NCBI GenBank assembly: GCA_013331805.1
Contig: DUFS01000083.1
Coordinates: 3,268 to 21,010 of the forward strand
Length of the DNA: 17,743 nt
Direction: 5' to 3'
Source: Candidatus Micrarchaeota archaeon
GTDB lineage: Archaea > Micrarchaeota > Micrarchaeia > Anstonellales > Anstonellaceae
The notes beneath the pieces were generated by a model. The model ran no database searches. It saw nothing but the letters and a program-made list of their open reading frames with translations, and was not told where the DNA came from. The stretch's first letter is position 1. The number at the start of each line of letters is the position of its first letter. Of the stretch, positions 8,129 to 17,334 are shown piece after piece. The position numbers and the translations under genes are program-made.

Positions 8129-8392
8129 ATGGTCATGAAAGGAAGGCTGGTCAATTACAGGCGGGGAGTGCACACCGAATACACCAACCAGTACATAGTT
8201 GAGGTCGAAGGAGTCAAGGACCGCGACTCTGCTTCGGGCATACTTGGAAAGAAGGTGGTCTGGAAAACCGCGACCGGAAAGGAGATAGTGGGCGGGGTTT
8301 CCAAAGCCCACGGGAATTCCGGGGCGGTTCTGGTGCGCTTTGACAAGGGGCTTCCCGGCCAGGCAATTGGGACCGAAGTCGAGATATCCTGA
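8129..8392 (+). CDS. rpl35ae: 50S ribosomal protein L35Ae
   Basis: KGRLVNYRRG...HGNSGAVLVRFDKGLPGQAIG signature; TATA TTTTAAATA (8088-8096) and RBS GGAGGT. Confidence 0.95.
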   Translation: MVMKGRLVNYRRGVHTEYTNQYIVEVEGVKDRDSASGILGKKVVWKTATGKEIVGGVSKAHGNSGAVLVRFDKGLPGQAIGTEVEIS

Positions 8393-8429
8393 TTTTATTC
8401 TTATCCTCCTCATCCCACTACTGATTGGC

Positions 8430-8825
8430 ATGGAATACAAGTTCCTTGAGCACACTGCTGACGTGATGTTCGAATCCTACGGGAAAAGCTACGAGGAAGC
8501 GCTTGAGAACGCCGCCAAGGCGATGTTTTCCATACTTGGAAATGCAAAGGAGAAGGAGCATTTCCAATTTTCTGTCTCTGCCCATGACCTCGAGGAGCTT
8601 TCGGTGCAAACGCTTGCGGACCTGCTCGCTTATGCCGACACGCACGAAATCGTGCTTTCAAGGATGAAGGTGCTCAAGTTCGACCGCAAAGCCTGCCTTC
8701 TCGAAATTGAGGCCTGGGGCGAGAAAAAGCGCCCAAGGGACGCGGTCAAGGCTGTGACCTACCACGAGATCATGGTAAAGGAAGATGAAAAAGGCTGGAC
8801 AATAAGGATGATTCTTGACGTTTAG
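8430..8825 (+). CDS. Archease (RtcB tRNA-ligase cofactor)
   Basis: MEYKFLEHTADV N-terminus, VKAVTYH and C-terminal ILDV; true start is the ATG at 8430. Confidence 0.95.
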   Translation: MEYKFLEHTADVMFESYGKSYEEALENAAKAMFSILGNAKEKEHFQFSVSAHDLEELSVQTLADLLAYADTHEIVLSRMKVLKFDRKACLLEIEAWGEKKRPRDAVKAVTYHEIMVKEDEKGWTIRMILDV

Positions 8826-8836
8826 GGTGAATTTGC

Positions 8837-10051
8837 TTGTCCTCGATCATTGATGGCGCCAGGGATTTCCTATCCGACCCTTTCAACCGTTTCATAGCCC
8901 TCCTTGTTTTCGTGCTCGCCCTGTACTCGTTCGCATTCGCGCCTGCTGCCGCACCCATTACACCTGGAGGCAGTGAGGGCGGGAATGCCTCGCTCGCAAT
9001 CCATTTTTTCTACCATCCGGCCTGCCCGCACTGCAAGGAGCAGATAGGCTACAACCAGGGAATTGCGGATGAATTCCCCCAAGTGGCTTGGGCTTACCAT
9101 GACATTTCGATCCCAAGCGAGAACCTGATATTTTCCGAAACAATGGCGCGCCTTGGGAAAAACGCAAGCGGGACGCCGACAACTGTGATAAACCGGACTG
9201 CCATTGTGGGCTTTGACCGCGAGGTGACGCCCGGCCTTATCCGAGACGCGATATCGGCCGAGCTTGCCAATCTTCCGCCTAAAAATGCCACTGACACGCC
9301 CAAGGAGAGGAAGTTCAGCCTTCCTTTTATCGGGGAGATCAACCCCAAGGAAAACTCCCTTCTTGTGCTTTCGGTTGCCCTTGGGCTCATTGACGGTTTC
9401 AACCCCTGCGCCATGTGGGTGCTGGTTTACCTGATTTCGATAACGCTCACAATGCACGATAGGAGGCGGCTTTTCCTGGTCGCAGGCACCTTCCTTTTTG
9501 CCTCTGGAGCCTTGTACTTCCTTATCATGTCTGCCTGGCTCAATGCATTCATGTTCCTGGGTTACACCCGGATTGTCATGATAACGGTGGGCGCGCTTGC
9601 CATAGGCTGGGGATTGCTTTCGCTTAGGGAGTTCGTGAAGAACAAGGGGGAAATATCCTGCAATGTCGGCGACCTTGAGGAAAGGAGGAATATCCGCAGA
9701 GGAGTGGATGCAATGCTGCATTCGCCCCTGACCATTGCCACCTTTGCAGGAATCGCGTTTCTTGCATTCACAATAAATTCAATCGAGTTTGTGTGCTCTG
9801 CTGCCATACCGGCTGTGTTCACGCAGGTGCTCGCGCTGCAGCAGCTTCCTTGGTACCAGCACTACGGCTACATATTCATCTACTGCATTTTCTACATGCT
9901 GGATGACATGTTGGTCTTCGGGCTCGCGTTTTTCGCAATGGGAGGCTCGCTCGGCGACAAGATAGCCTCTTACGGGCATGCAATTGGGGCAATAATACTC
10001 TTGGCTCTCGGGATCATGCTGCTTTTCGCGCCCAACGTGCTTATGGTCTAG
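8837..10051 (+). CDS. Membrane redox protein: thioredoxin/glutaredoxin-like domain fused to a CcdA/DsbD-like transmembrane domain
   Basis: N-terminal TM anchor, FFYHPACPHC and GTPT; then DGFNPCAMWVL and IEFVCS in a multi-TM domain; GGTGA RBS before TTG. Confidence 0.8.
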   Translation: MSSIIDGARDFLSDPFNRFIALLVFVLALYSFAFAPAAAPITPGGSEGGNASLAIHFFYHPACPHCKEQIGYNQGIADEFPQVAWAYHDISIPSENLIFSETMARLGKNASGTPTTVINRTAIVGFDREVTPGLIRDAISAELANLPPKNATDTPKERKFSLPFIGEINPKENSLLVLSVALGLIDGFNPCAMWVLVYLISITLTMHDRRRLFLVAGTFLFASGALYFLIMSAWLNAFMFLGYTRIVMITVGALAIGWGLLSLREFVKNKGEISCNVGDLEERRNIRRGVDAMLHSPLTIATFAGIAFLAFTINSIEFVCSAAIPAVFTQVLALQQLPWYQHYGYIFIYCIFYMLDDMLVFGLAFFAMGGSLGDKIASYGHAIGAIILLALGIMLLFAPNVLMV

Positions 10052-10058
10052 AAGAAAG

Positions 10059-10553
10059 TCAGAGTCTGTCCTTTGCATTGCCGCCGTCCCCGCTTATCGG
10101 CTTTCCGTTGATTTTGACGCTGTTTTCAAACGGGAGCTTCACGTAATAGACCCCTTCCTCGTCCTTGAGCACCACCGGATTTTCAGACAGCGCCTTGATG
10201 TCCACGAGGAAGACGCCCTCCTTGATTATTTTGATATTCTCCACGTCCTCCGAAGTGAATGTGGTGCGGGCGAAGTATGATTCGGGTGCTTTGCCGCTGC
10301 TTTCGGCCTTTTCAGCTGCCGATTCTTTTATTGGAGCAGCCTTGCTTTTCTCCTCACCCATAATTTGCTGCGGCTGTTCCTGCGCCTGCGGCACCTGCAA
10401 GGGCCCTTGGGCTGTCTTGGGAGGGGGGTCCTCAGCTGCCTTTTCCTCAACAGACTCCTTGTTGAAGACAAAAACCTTGGAGCCGCAGGGGCAGCCGTTG
10501 TCTATTTCCTCAAGCGAGGCCGCAGCCCTGCCGCATCTGACGCAATTGTGCAT
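10059..10553 (-). CDS. oapC: OapC/ArvC (DUF2072) Zn-ribbon protein
   Basis: MHNCVRCG...GCPCGSKVFVF, low-complexity linker, VENIKIIKEGVFLVDIKAL and EEGVYYVKL; GGTGA RBS before the ATG at 10553; adjacent to oapA. Confidence 0.85.
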   Translation of the reverse strand: MHNCVRCGRAAASLEEIDNGCPCGSKVFVFNKESVEEKAAEDPPPKTAQGPLQVPQAQEQPQQIMGEEKSKAAPIKESAAEKAESSGKAPESYFARTTFTSEDVENIKIIKEGVFLVDIKALSENPVVLKDEEGVYYVKLPFENSVKINGKPISGDGGNAKDRL

Positions 10554-10572
10554 AATGTCACCAAAGGGCAAA

Positions 10573-11193
10573 TCAGGAAAGTTTCTGCACGATTTCCTTG
10601 TACAGCCTCTCCAGATTCTCGCCAGTCATTGCAGAGACTTCCACGAAGTCGTAACCCGGGAAAGCCTCCTTCACCCTCACCGTGTTTGCAGAGGGCAGGT
10701 CGATCTTGTTCGCAACCACTATGACCGGGACGTTCCTGGCTTCCATGTTCCCCAGGATGGTAATATTAGCCTGCGTGTAGGGATCCTCGGTGGCGTCGAT
10801 TATGAAAAGCGCCGCATCCACCTTGTCCATGTGGCGTACGGCGTCCACCACCCCGCGCGTGGCTTCCCGCGCGCGCTTCTGCGCATCCTCCTTTGAAAAC
10901 CCGTATTCGAGGAAGTCGCGGTAGTCCACCTTGACCGCAATGCCTGGCATGTCAAGCAGGCTCATGGTAAGGCTGTAGCCGCGCAGCTTGAGCGTGACCT
11001 TGTCCTTCTTGTGGACCACGCGCGTCTCGTGGGGGACCGGGCTTACCGCGCCCATGGGCTCGCCTGCCAGATCCACGCAGATCCTGTTCGCAAGCGTGGT
11101 CTTGCCCACGTTGGGGCTGCCGTATATTCCAAGAGTCACGCTTTTTTTCTTGAGAAGGAGCTTTTTGAGCCAGTTTATGAACTTGTGTATCAT
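10573..11193 (-). CDS. oapA: OapA/ArvA Era-like small GTPase
   Basis: GIYGSPNVGKTTLANRI, PHETR, DMPG, REATRGV, DPYTQAN, NKID and SA motifs; amphipathic N-terminal helix. Confidence 0.9.
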   Translation of the reverse strand: MIHKFINWLKKLLLKKKSVTLGIYGSPNVGKTTLANRICVDLAGEPMGAVSPVPHETRVVHKKDKVTLKLRGYSLTMSLLDMPGIAVKVDYRDFLEYGFSKEDAQKRAREATRGVVDAVRHMDKVDAALFIIDATEDPYTQANITILGNMEARNVPVIVVANKIDLPSANTVRVKEAFPGYDFVEVSAMTGENLERLYKEIVQKLS

Positions 11194-11229
11194 GCGATCC
11201 CTGAATTAGCCGTTATGATTGACAAAAAA

Positions 11230-12420
11230 TTAAAAAGGCGCCTTATGTGCCGCTTCGCCCCCCTTGAGGAAAAACTCGCCCTTTGAAGCCATGCCAATCA
11301 CCTTGGGAAGGCCGACGTGCTCGCGCTCCAGGATTTTTCCTGCTGCCTCCTCCCAGGTCTTGCAGCCAGATATGTCCACCTTTTCCTGGTAGATTATGGC
11401 GCCGCCGTCCAGCGACTCGTCCACAAAGTGGATGGTGTAGCCTGATATTTTCTCCCCTGCCTCAAACGCGTCCTTCTGCGCGTGCGCCCCGGGGTATTTT
11501 GGAAGGAGCGATGGGTGGATGTTGATCATCCTGCCCTTGTATAATGAAAGAAGCGAGCTGCTTTTGATTATCTTCATGTAGCCGGCAAGCACCACCAGGT
11601 CTGGAGAAAGCTCGTCGAGCTTTTCCTTGATTTTCCCATCCAAATCCTCGCGCGATGACCATTGCATCACATATGCCGGGATGCCGCTTTCATTCGCTCG
11701 CTCAATTGCCGCTGCATCAGGGTTGTCGGTAATGAGCCCTACGATTTCCACATCCAGCTCGCCTTTTTTTCTCGCATCGATAATTGACTGGAAATCGCTT
11801 CCCCTGCCCGAGGCAAGCACTGCAATTCGGAATTTCCTTTCCGACGCAGGCGAAAAATCCATTTCGCATGTTATCGCGCCTTTTTCCGTGACTATCATGT
11901 CCATCGCAATGTCGTGCGGCTCCTCGGGAATTCTTTCTACAAGCTGCATGTCATAGGCCAGCCCGATTTTCTTGCAGCTGAACTTGCGAAGGAGCGAGTC
12001 ATAGTAGCCCATGCCAAAGCCTATCCGATGCCCGCGCCTGTCAAAGGAGACTCCTGGCACCACGGCAAGCCCGATTGATTCCGGGGCAACTTTCATTTCG
12101 GGCTTTATTGGGGGCTCGAGGATTCCGAATGCGCCTGGCGAAAGCTCGTCAATGGAATTTATCCTGAAAAGCTCGAGCGTTTTTGTCTCCTTATTGGTCA
12201 CGGGAAGCGCCACGCACTTGCCAAGCGAAAGCGCGGACTGGATTATCCCATCTGTATGTACTTCGCCCTTTTTGGAGGCGTAAAGCAGTATGCAGGAGGC
12301 AGAATCGAACTCTGGCAGGCGGATGAAGCGGTCCATTATGTTGAGGCAGTGCACGTGCCCGCCCGAGGAGTGGTAGGATTCGCGCCTCTCGATCATTTCC
12401 CTGCGGATGCGGTCCTTCAT
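11230..12420 (-). CDS. purN: Fusion of 5-formyltetrahydrofolate cyclo-ligase (N-terminal) and phosphoribosylglycinamide formyltransferase PurN (C-terminal)
   Basis: GAFGILEP and VPGVSFDRRGHRIGFGMGYYD, then IAVLASGRGS, LAGYMKI, INIHPSLLP and HFVDESLDGG, all in one frame. Confidence 0.9.
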   Translation of the reverse strand: MKDRIRREMIERRESYHSSGGHVHCLNIMDRFIRLPEFDSASCILLYASKKGEVHTDGIIQSALSLGKCVALPVTNKETKTLELFRINSIDELSPGAFGILEPPIKPEMKVAPESIGLAVVPGVSFDRRGHRIGFGMGYYDSLLRKFSCKKIGLAYDMQLVERIPEEPHDIAMDMIVTEKGAITCEMDFSPASERKFRIAVLASGRGSDFQSIIDARKKGELDVEIVGLITDNPDAAAIERANESGIPAYVMQWSSREDLDGKIKEKLDELSPDLVVLAGYMKIIKSSSLLSLYKGRMINIHPSLLPKYPGAHAQKDAFEAGEKISGYTIHFVDESLDGGAIIYQEKVDISGCKTWEEAAGKILEREHVGLPKVIGMASKGEFFLKGGEAAHKAPF

Positions 12421-12463
12421 TTTTTAACCCCGTTGAGCTTGCCTGGCTGCCCCCCTTGTCGTA

Positions 12464-13738
12464 TTATTGGGCTATCCTTATTTTATCCTTACCGAAAAGC
12501 CCAGCAAGAAGGTATATGGAACCCGCAATTACAACCGTGCCTTCCTTTCCGGCAATCCTTTTTGCCTGGATTAGCGCTTTGCCTGGATATTTTACTTCTA
12601 TTGGCATGAATCGGCAGCGCCTTGCGGCATCGGCAAGCTCCTGGATTGATGCGGCGCGGGCAAGGGGCACCTCGGTGAGCACCAGTTGGCTGAAAAACGG
12701 CCGGAGAATGTCCAGCACCTGCTTGTAGTCCTTGTCAGACATTGCTGAGAAGAGCAGGACCTTTCTGCCCTTTATCCTCCGAAGCTCGTGCGCTATTGCA
12801 AATGCTGCGCCCGGGTTGTGGCAGCAGTCGGCTATGACTTTTGGGCTGTGCGATAGGGTCTGCAGCCGATAAGCTGGGCAGGAGGAGGAAAGGCCTTTTT
12901 GGATGGCTGGTTTTTTTGCCCCTAAATGGACGGCGCATGCAAGCGCGACGAGCGAATTGTTCACCTGGAATTTTCCCGGTGCTGCGAGGGATATCCTATA
13001 GCTGTTGCCACCTAACCGCGCCCTGTAGGAATATTTCCCATCCCTGGAGCCGAGCGCGGAGATTTTTACAGCATCCGAAACGAAGATTGGCTTTGCCCCA
13101 ATAGCCGCGCACTCCTTTTCAATTGCAGCGCACACCTGGCTGTTCACCTGCCCGACGATTAGCGCTCGCCCCTTCCTTGCAATGCCGCATTTTTCATGCA
13201 CTATCTCCTCCTCGGTCTTTCCAAGTATATCTGTGTGCTCAAGGGAAATCGAGGTGATGGCTGAAACTTCGGGCTCGCACGCATTGGTGGCGTCTTGCCT
13301 TCCGCCTAAGCCCACCTCGAGAACTGCGCACTTGACCTTGCGCCAGGAGAAGATGAGAAGCGCCATTGCAGTCACCACCTCGAAAAAAGTGGCTTCTATG
13401 TCGTTTTTTGAGCAGGCTTTTTTCACCTCCAGGTATGAGGCGACAATGTCCTTCCTGTCAGCGTTCTTCCCGTTTATCCTGATGCGCTCAGGGAATTCCT
13501 CCACCTGGGGGGAAAAATATGATCCGGTCTTCCAGCCGTTCTTCGAAAGAACGCTTCCCAGCATCTCAACGGTTGAGCCCTTGCCGTTGCTTCCTGCGAC
13601 CAGGCAGCACCTGAAGCTCTTTTCAGGATTTCCAAGAAGCGCAAGAATCCTCTTTATCCTTTCCAAGCCCAGGTGAATTCCGAATTTGTCAAGGGAATAT
13701 ATTTCGGAAAGCGCCTTTTCGTAGGACTTTGAGGGCAT
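12464..13738 (-). CDS. folC: Folylpolyglutamate synthase/dihydrofolate synthase
   Basis: VAGSNGKGST, ATFFE, EVGLGGRQDATN, DCCHNP and AGSIYL; ATG at 13738 preferred over GTG at 13750. Confidence 0.93.
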   Translation of the reverse strand: MPSKSYEKALSEIYSLDKFGIHLGLERIKRILALLGNPEKSFRCCLVAGSNGKGSTVEMLGSVLSKNGWKTGSYFSPQVEEFPERIRINGKNADRKDIVASYLEVKKACSKNDIEATFFEVVTAMALLIFSWRKVKCAVLEVGLGGRQDATNACEPEVSAITSISLEHTDILGKTEEEIVHEKCGIARKGRALIVGQVNSQVCAAIEKECAAIGAKPIFVSDAVKISALGSRDGKYSYRARLGGNSYRISLAAPGKFQVNNSLVALACAVHLGAKKPAIQKGLSSSCPAYRLQTLSHSPKVIADCCHNPGAAFAIAHELRRIKGRKVLLFSAMSDKDYKQVLDILRPFFSQLVLTEVPLARAASIQELADAARRCRFMPIEVKYPGKALIQAKRIAGKEGTVVIAGSIYLLAGLFGKDKIRIAQ

Positions 13739-13746
13739 GGTTTCCC

Positions 13747-14589
13747 TCACTTCCCGCCGCGAATGCGGTAGCAGAGGATTGCGTTATGCATCAGGGCGGC
13801 AACCGTCATGGGCCCCACCCCCCCTGGCACTGGCGTGATGAGCGAGGCTTTTTCCTTCACAGAATCAAAGTCAACGTCTCCGATGAGTTTTTCGCCTTCC
13901 CTGCTTGTGCCGGCATCTATGACAACCGCACCTTGCTTCACCATGCCTGCCTTGAGGAGCTTGGGCTTGCCTACTGCTACGCAGACAATGTCCGCCTGCG
14001 CAGACAATGAGCCGATGTCAGGGGTTTTGCTGTGGCATATGCTCACTGTGCAGTTCTCGTTCAATAGAAGAAGAGCAAGCGGCTTTCCCACTATCCTGCT
14101 CCTGCCGATCACCACCGCGTGCTTTCCTGCCAAAGCAACCCCGCTTTGCTTGAGCAGGTGCAGGATGCCCAGTGGGGTGCAGGGGATTATTTTCCCCTGG
14201 TTGAACGCGAGCTTTCCGAAATTCTCCGGATGGAACCCGTCAGCGTCCTTTTCAGGCGCAACCTGCGCTAGCACCTTATCCTCGTCTATTGCTTGAGGCA
14301 TGGGAACCTGGACCAGTATTGCGTCCACCTTGCCCTCCTTGTTCAGCTTTTGGACCGCCCCTATCACTTCGCTTTGGGTTGCAGATGCAGGCAGCCGCAC
14401 GTCCTTGGATACAATGCCCGTGAATTTGCAGGCTTCGATTTTTTTCCTGACATAGACTTCTGATGCGGGGTCATTTCCCACCAGGACTATTGCAAGGCAT
14501 GGTGGGCGCGAAAGGGAGGATACCTCCTGCGCAGCCTTTTCAAGGAGCGCATCCGCCATTTTTTTCCCGTCGATTATTTTTGCAGGCAT
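13747..14589 (-). CDS. folD: Bifunctional methylene-THF dehydrogenase/cyclohydrolase
   Basis: IIDGK, YVRKK, KDADGFH, PCTP, GRSRIVGKP and TPVPGGVGPMT. Confidence 0.97.
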   Translation of the reverse strand: MPAKIIDGKKMADALLEKAAQEVSSLSRPPCLAIVLVGNDPASEVYVRKKIEACKFTGIVSKDVRLPASATQSEVIGAVQKLNKEGKVDAILVQVPMPQAIDEDKVLAQVAPEKDADGFHPENFGKLAFNQGKIIPCTPLGILHLLKQSGVALAGKHAVVIGRSRIVGKPLALLLLNENCTVSICHSKTPDIGSLSAQADIVCVAVGKPKLLKAGMVKQGAVVIDAGTSREGEKLIGDVDFDSVKEKASLITPVPGGVGPMTVAALMHNAILCYRIRGGK

Positions 14590-14594
14590 ATGTA

Positions 14595-15845
14595 TCAGCC
14601 CAGTTCAGGGTAAAGCGGGAATTTCTTGGTAAGCTCAAGCACTTCCTCCCTCACTTTGGCTTTCACCGATGCGTCGTTCAGTGCCGAGCACACGCGCTTT
14701 ATCATCCTGCCGATTTCCTTCATTTCGCTTTTTCCCATGCCCCGGGTTGTGAGTGCAGGGGTGCCAAGCCGGATTCCGCTTGTCACAAAGGGCGACTGCG
14801 TGTCATAGGGAATGGTGTTCTTATTCACTGTTATGTTCGCCTCGTCAAGTGCGATCTGCGCCTCCTTTCCGGTTATTTTCATGTTGGTAAGATCGGCAAG
14901 CAAGAGGTGCGTGTCAGTGCCTCCTGACACAAGGACGAATCCTTCTTCCATTAGGGATTCAGCAAGCGCCGCGGCATTCTCCACTATACTTTTTGCGTAT
15001 TCGGAAAACTCGGGCTGCATGGCTTCCTTGAGGCACACCGCCTTTGCCGCAATTGCGTGGTCGAACGGGCCGCCCTGAAGCCCGGGAAAGACGGCCTTGT
15101 CTATCATCTGCTGGAATTCCTGCTTGCAGAGTATCATCGCCCCGCGAGGCCCCCGCAGCGTCTTGTGGGTGGTGGTGGTGATCACGTCCGCATGGGGGAA
15201 GGGCTGCGGATGCACACCGCCAGCAATTAAACCTGCGATGTGCGCCATGTCCACCATGAAGTGCGCATCGGTGGCTTCGGCGATTTCGGAAAACCTCTTG
15301 AAGTCCACCTGGCGGGGATAAGCGGTGTAGCCAGCCACAATGAGCTGGGGCTTTTCCTCCTTTGCCAATCTTTCAATCGCGTCGAAATCCAGCCTGTGCG
15401 TTGTCGGGTGCACGTTGTAGGGTATTATTTTGTAGACCTTGCCAGAAAAGTTGACCGGGCTTCCGTGGGTGAGGTGGCCCCCGTGCGAAAGGTTCAGGCC
15501 CATAATCTTGTCACCTGGCTGAAGGAGGGCGAAATAGGCAGCCATGTTTGCCTGCGAGCCTGCGTGCGGCTGAACGTTGGCATGGTCTGCATGGAAAATC
15601 TGCTTTGCCCGGTCTATTGCAAGATTCTCGCAGCCGTCCACGAACTGGTTGCCCCCGTAATAGCGCTTGCCCGGGTAGCCTTCGGAATACTTGTTGGTGA
15701 GCACGCTCCCTTGAGCTTCCATGACCGCAAGCGAGGCGAAGTTTTCGGACGGGATGAGCTCCAGGCCCTCGCGCTGGCGCTGCAGCTCCATCCTTGCAAG
15801 GTGGTAGATGTCCGGGTCGGTTTTCTGGACGTTATCCATTGGCAT
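14595..15845 (-). CDS. glyA: Serine hydroxymethyltransferase
   Basis: [42 protein letters not shown] and [23 protein letters not shown] before the ATG at 15845. Confidence 0.97.
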   Translation of the reverse strand: MPMDNVQKTDPDIYHLARMELQRQREGLELIPSENFASLAVMEAQGSVLTNKYSEGYPGKRYYGGNQFVDGCENLAIDRAKQIFHADHANVQPHAGSQANMAAYFALLQPGDKIMGLNLSHGGHLTHGSPVNFSGKVYKIIPYNVHPTTHRLDFDAIERLAKEEKPQLIVAGYTAYPRQVDFKRFSEIAEATDAHFMVDMAHIAGLIAGGVHPQPFPHADVITTTTHKTLRGPRGAMILCKQEFQQMIDKAVFPGLQGGPFDHAIAAKAVCLKEAMQPEFSEYAKSIVENAAALAESLMEEGFVLVSGGTDTHLLLADLTNMKITGKEAQIALDEANITVNKNTIPYDTQSPFVTSGIRLGTPALTTRGMGKSEMKEIGRMIKRVCSALNDASVKAKVREEVLELTKKFPLYPELG

Positions 15846-15866
15846 GCTTCGCACCTCTTGAATCGG

Positions 15867-17189
15867 TCAGTCCTTGCCCACTGCCTGCTCCACTATTTTG
15901 ATCGATTCGCCGATGTAGCTTTTCGGGTCGAACAGCAGGGCAAGCTCTCCCTTTTTGATGAATTTCAGGACATCCTTGTTGGAGGAGAGCACGTCGAGCA
16001 TTTTTTTCTTGCTGCTGAAGGATTCCATTGCGCAGTTACGCATAAGCTCGTGCGCCTGCTGGCGGCCCATGCCCTTTTCGGTGAGCGCAATCATTATCCT
16101 CTCGGCCATCACCGCGCCGCCAGTTAGCTCCAGGTTCCTTGCGATGTTTTCAGGATAGAACTGCAGGCCCTCAAGGATCTTGTTCATTTCCAAAAGCATG
16201 TAGTCCGTCACAATGAACCCCTGGGTGAATATGAAGCGCTCGTTTGCCGAATTCGATAGGTCGCGTTCGTGCTCCAGGGGGATGTTCTCGAGTGCGACCG
16301 CAACGTTGGCGCGCACCAGCCTTGCAAGCGAGCAGACCCGCTCGCTCTTGTGGGGGTTCCTCTTTTGCGGCATGGTGGAGGAGCCCACCTGCTTGCTTCC
16401 AAATGGCTCTGAGATTTCCATTATTTCGGTCCGCTGCAGGTTGCGGATTTCCTTGGCGATTTTCTCAAGTGTCGCTGCAATCAGCGCAAGGGTGAAAAGG
16501 GCCTGAGCGTGCCTGTCGCGCTGCACCACCTGGTTGGTGACCTGCGCAGCCTTGATGCCAAGCTCCTGCATGACAAGGGACTGGATTTTCGAGCCCTTGC
16601 CCCGGAAGGTGGCCATGGTGCCTGCTGCCCCAGACATCTTGCCAACCGAAATCATCTGCTCTGCCTGGTCCAGCCTCTCCATGTGGCGGCCCATTTCGGA
16701 AAACCAGAGCGCGAACTTCATGCCATAAGTGGTGGGGACCGCGTGCTGGCCGTGCGTCCTTGCTATGCAGACCAAATTCTTGCGCTCAATTGCATGCCTT
16801 TTCAGCAGGGCCCTTGTTGCAAGCAGCCTTTTTCTTATGATCCCGATTGCCCGCTTGAGCGTGAGCGCTGTTGCGGTGTCCTCTATGTCATAAGAGGTGG
16901 CGCCGAAGTGAACAAAGCCCCCGTATTTTTCGCACTTTTCCGAAAGCGCCCTCACCATTGCCATCAGGTCGTGGTGTATTTCGGCCTCGATTTCTTCCAC
17001 GCGGGCAAGCTCCACTTTTTGCGCTGCCTGGCTTATTTCTTCAGCTGCCTGGGAAGGAATGTTCTTGAGCTTGGCATGAGCATTGGCAAGCGCCACTTCC
17101 ACCTCAAGCCAGGACGCAAGCTTCGCCCCCTCCTCAAAAAGCGCGTTCATCTCGGTTTTGTACCTTGAGTCTATCGGAGACACAACCAT
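15867..17189 (-). CDS. purB: Adenylosuccinate lyase
   Basis: SPIDSRY, HFGATSYDI, ARTHGQHA and GSSTMPQKRNP; true start MVVSP at 17189 after a GGGTGG RBS. Confidence 0.97.
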   Translation of the reverse strand: MVVSPIDSRYKTEMNALFEEGAKLASWLEVEVALANAHAKLKNIPSQAAEEISQAAQKVELARVEEIEAEIHHDLMAMVRALSEKCEKYGGFVHFGATSYDIEDTATALTLKRAIGIIRKRLLATRALLKRHAIERKNLVCIARTHGQHAVPTTYGMKFALWFSEMGRHMERLDQAEQMISVGKMSGAAGTMATFRGKGSKIQSLVMQELGIKAAQVTNQVVQRDRHAQALFTLALIAATLEKIAKEIRNLQRTEIMEISEPFGSKQVGSSTMPQKRNPHKSERVCSLARLVRANVAVALENIPLEHERDLSNSANERFIFTQGFIVTDYMLLEMNKILEGLQFYPENIARNLELTGGAVMAERIMIALTEKGMGRQQAHELMRNCAMESFSSKKKMLDVLSSNKDVLKFIKKGELALLFDPKSYIGESIKIVEQAVGKD

Positions 17190-17204
17190 GGGAATCCACC
17201 CTAA

Positions 17205-17256
17205 TGCGGGGAAGTCCTTGGGCTGAACCCAATAACTCAACATCCAGCCCCCCGCA
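17205..17256 (-). promoter_or_regulatory. Structured 5' leader of the purB-folate operon (candidate cis-regulatory RNA)
   Basis: Outer stem TGCGGGG/CCCCGCA encloses GGCTGGA/TTCAGCC, with an alternative TTGGG/CCCAA pairing; it lies between the TATA box and the RBS. Confidence 0.45.
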
Positions 17257-17278
17257 CATGAATTATGTCATCAGGAGA

Positions 17279-17286
17279 ATTTAAAT
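17279..17286 (-). promoter_or_regulatory. TATA box (ATTTAAAT) for the purB operon
   Basis: Purine-rich BRE-like GGTAAGAAC upstream; predicts a start site near 17255-17260. Confidence 0.5.
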
Positions 17287-17334
17287 GTTCTTACCCGTCA
17301 GGTGAAAAAATTCGAAAAAAAGTGCTGATCCAGG

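Noticed and set aside
8870..17168. Long antisense ORFs such as 8870..9721, 10165..10896, 15240..16127 and 16509..17168
   Set aside because: They are shadow frames opposite well-supported genes.
17215..17274. C/D-box sRNA (TGATGA...CTGG-ATGTTGA) or hammerhead core CTGATGA
   Set aside because: There is no terminal D box or GAAA partner, and the motif lies between the TATA box and the predicted start site.
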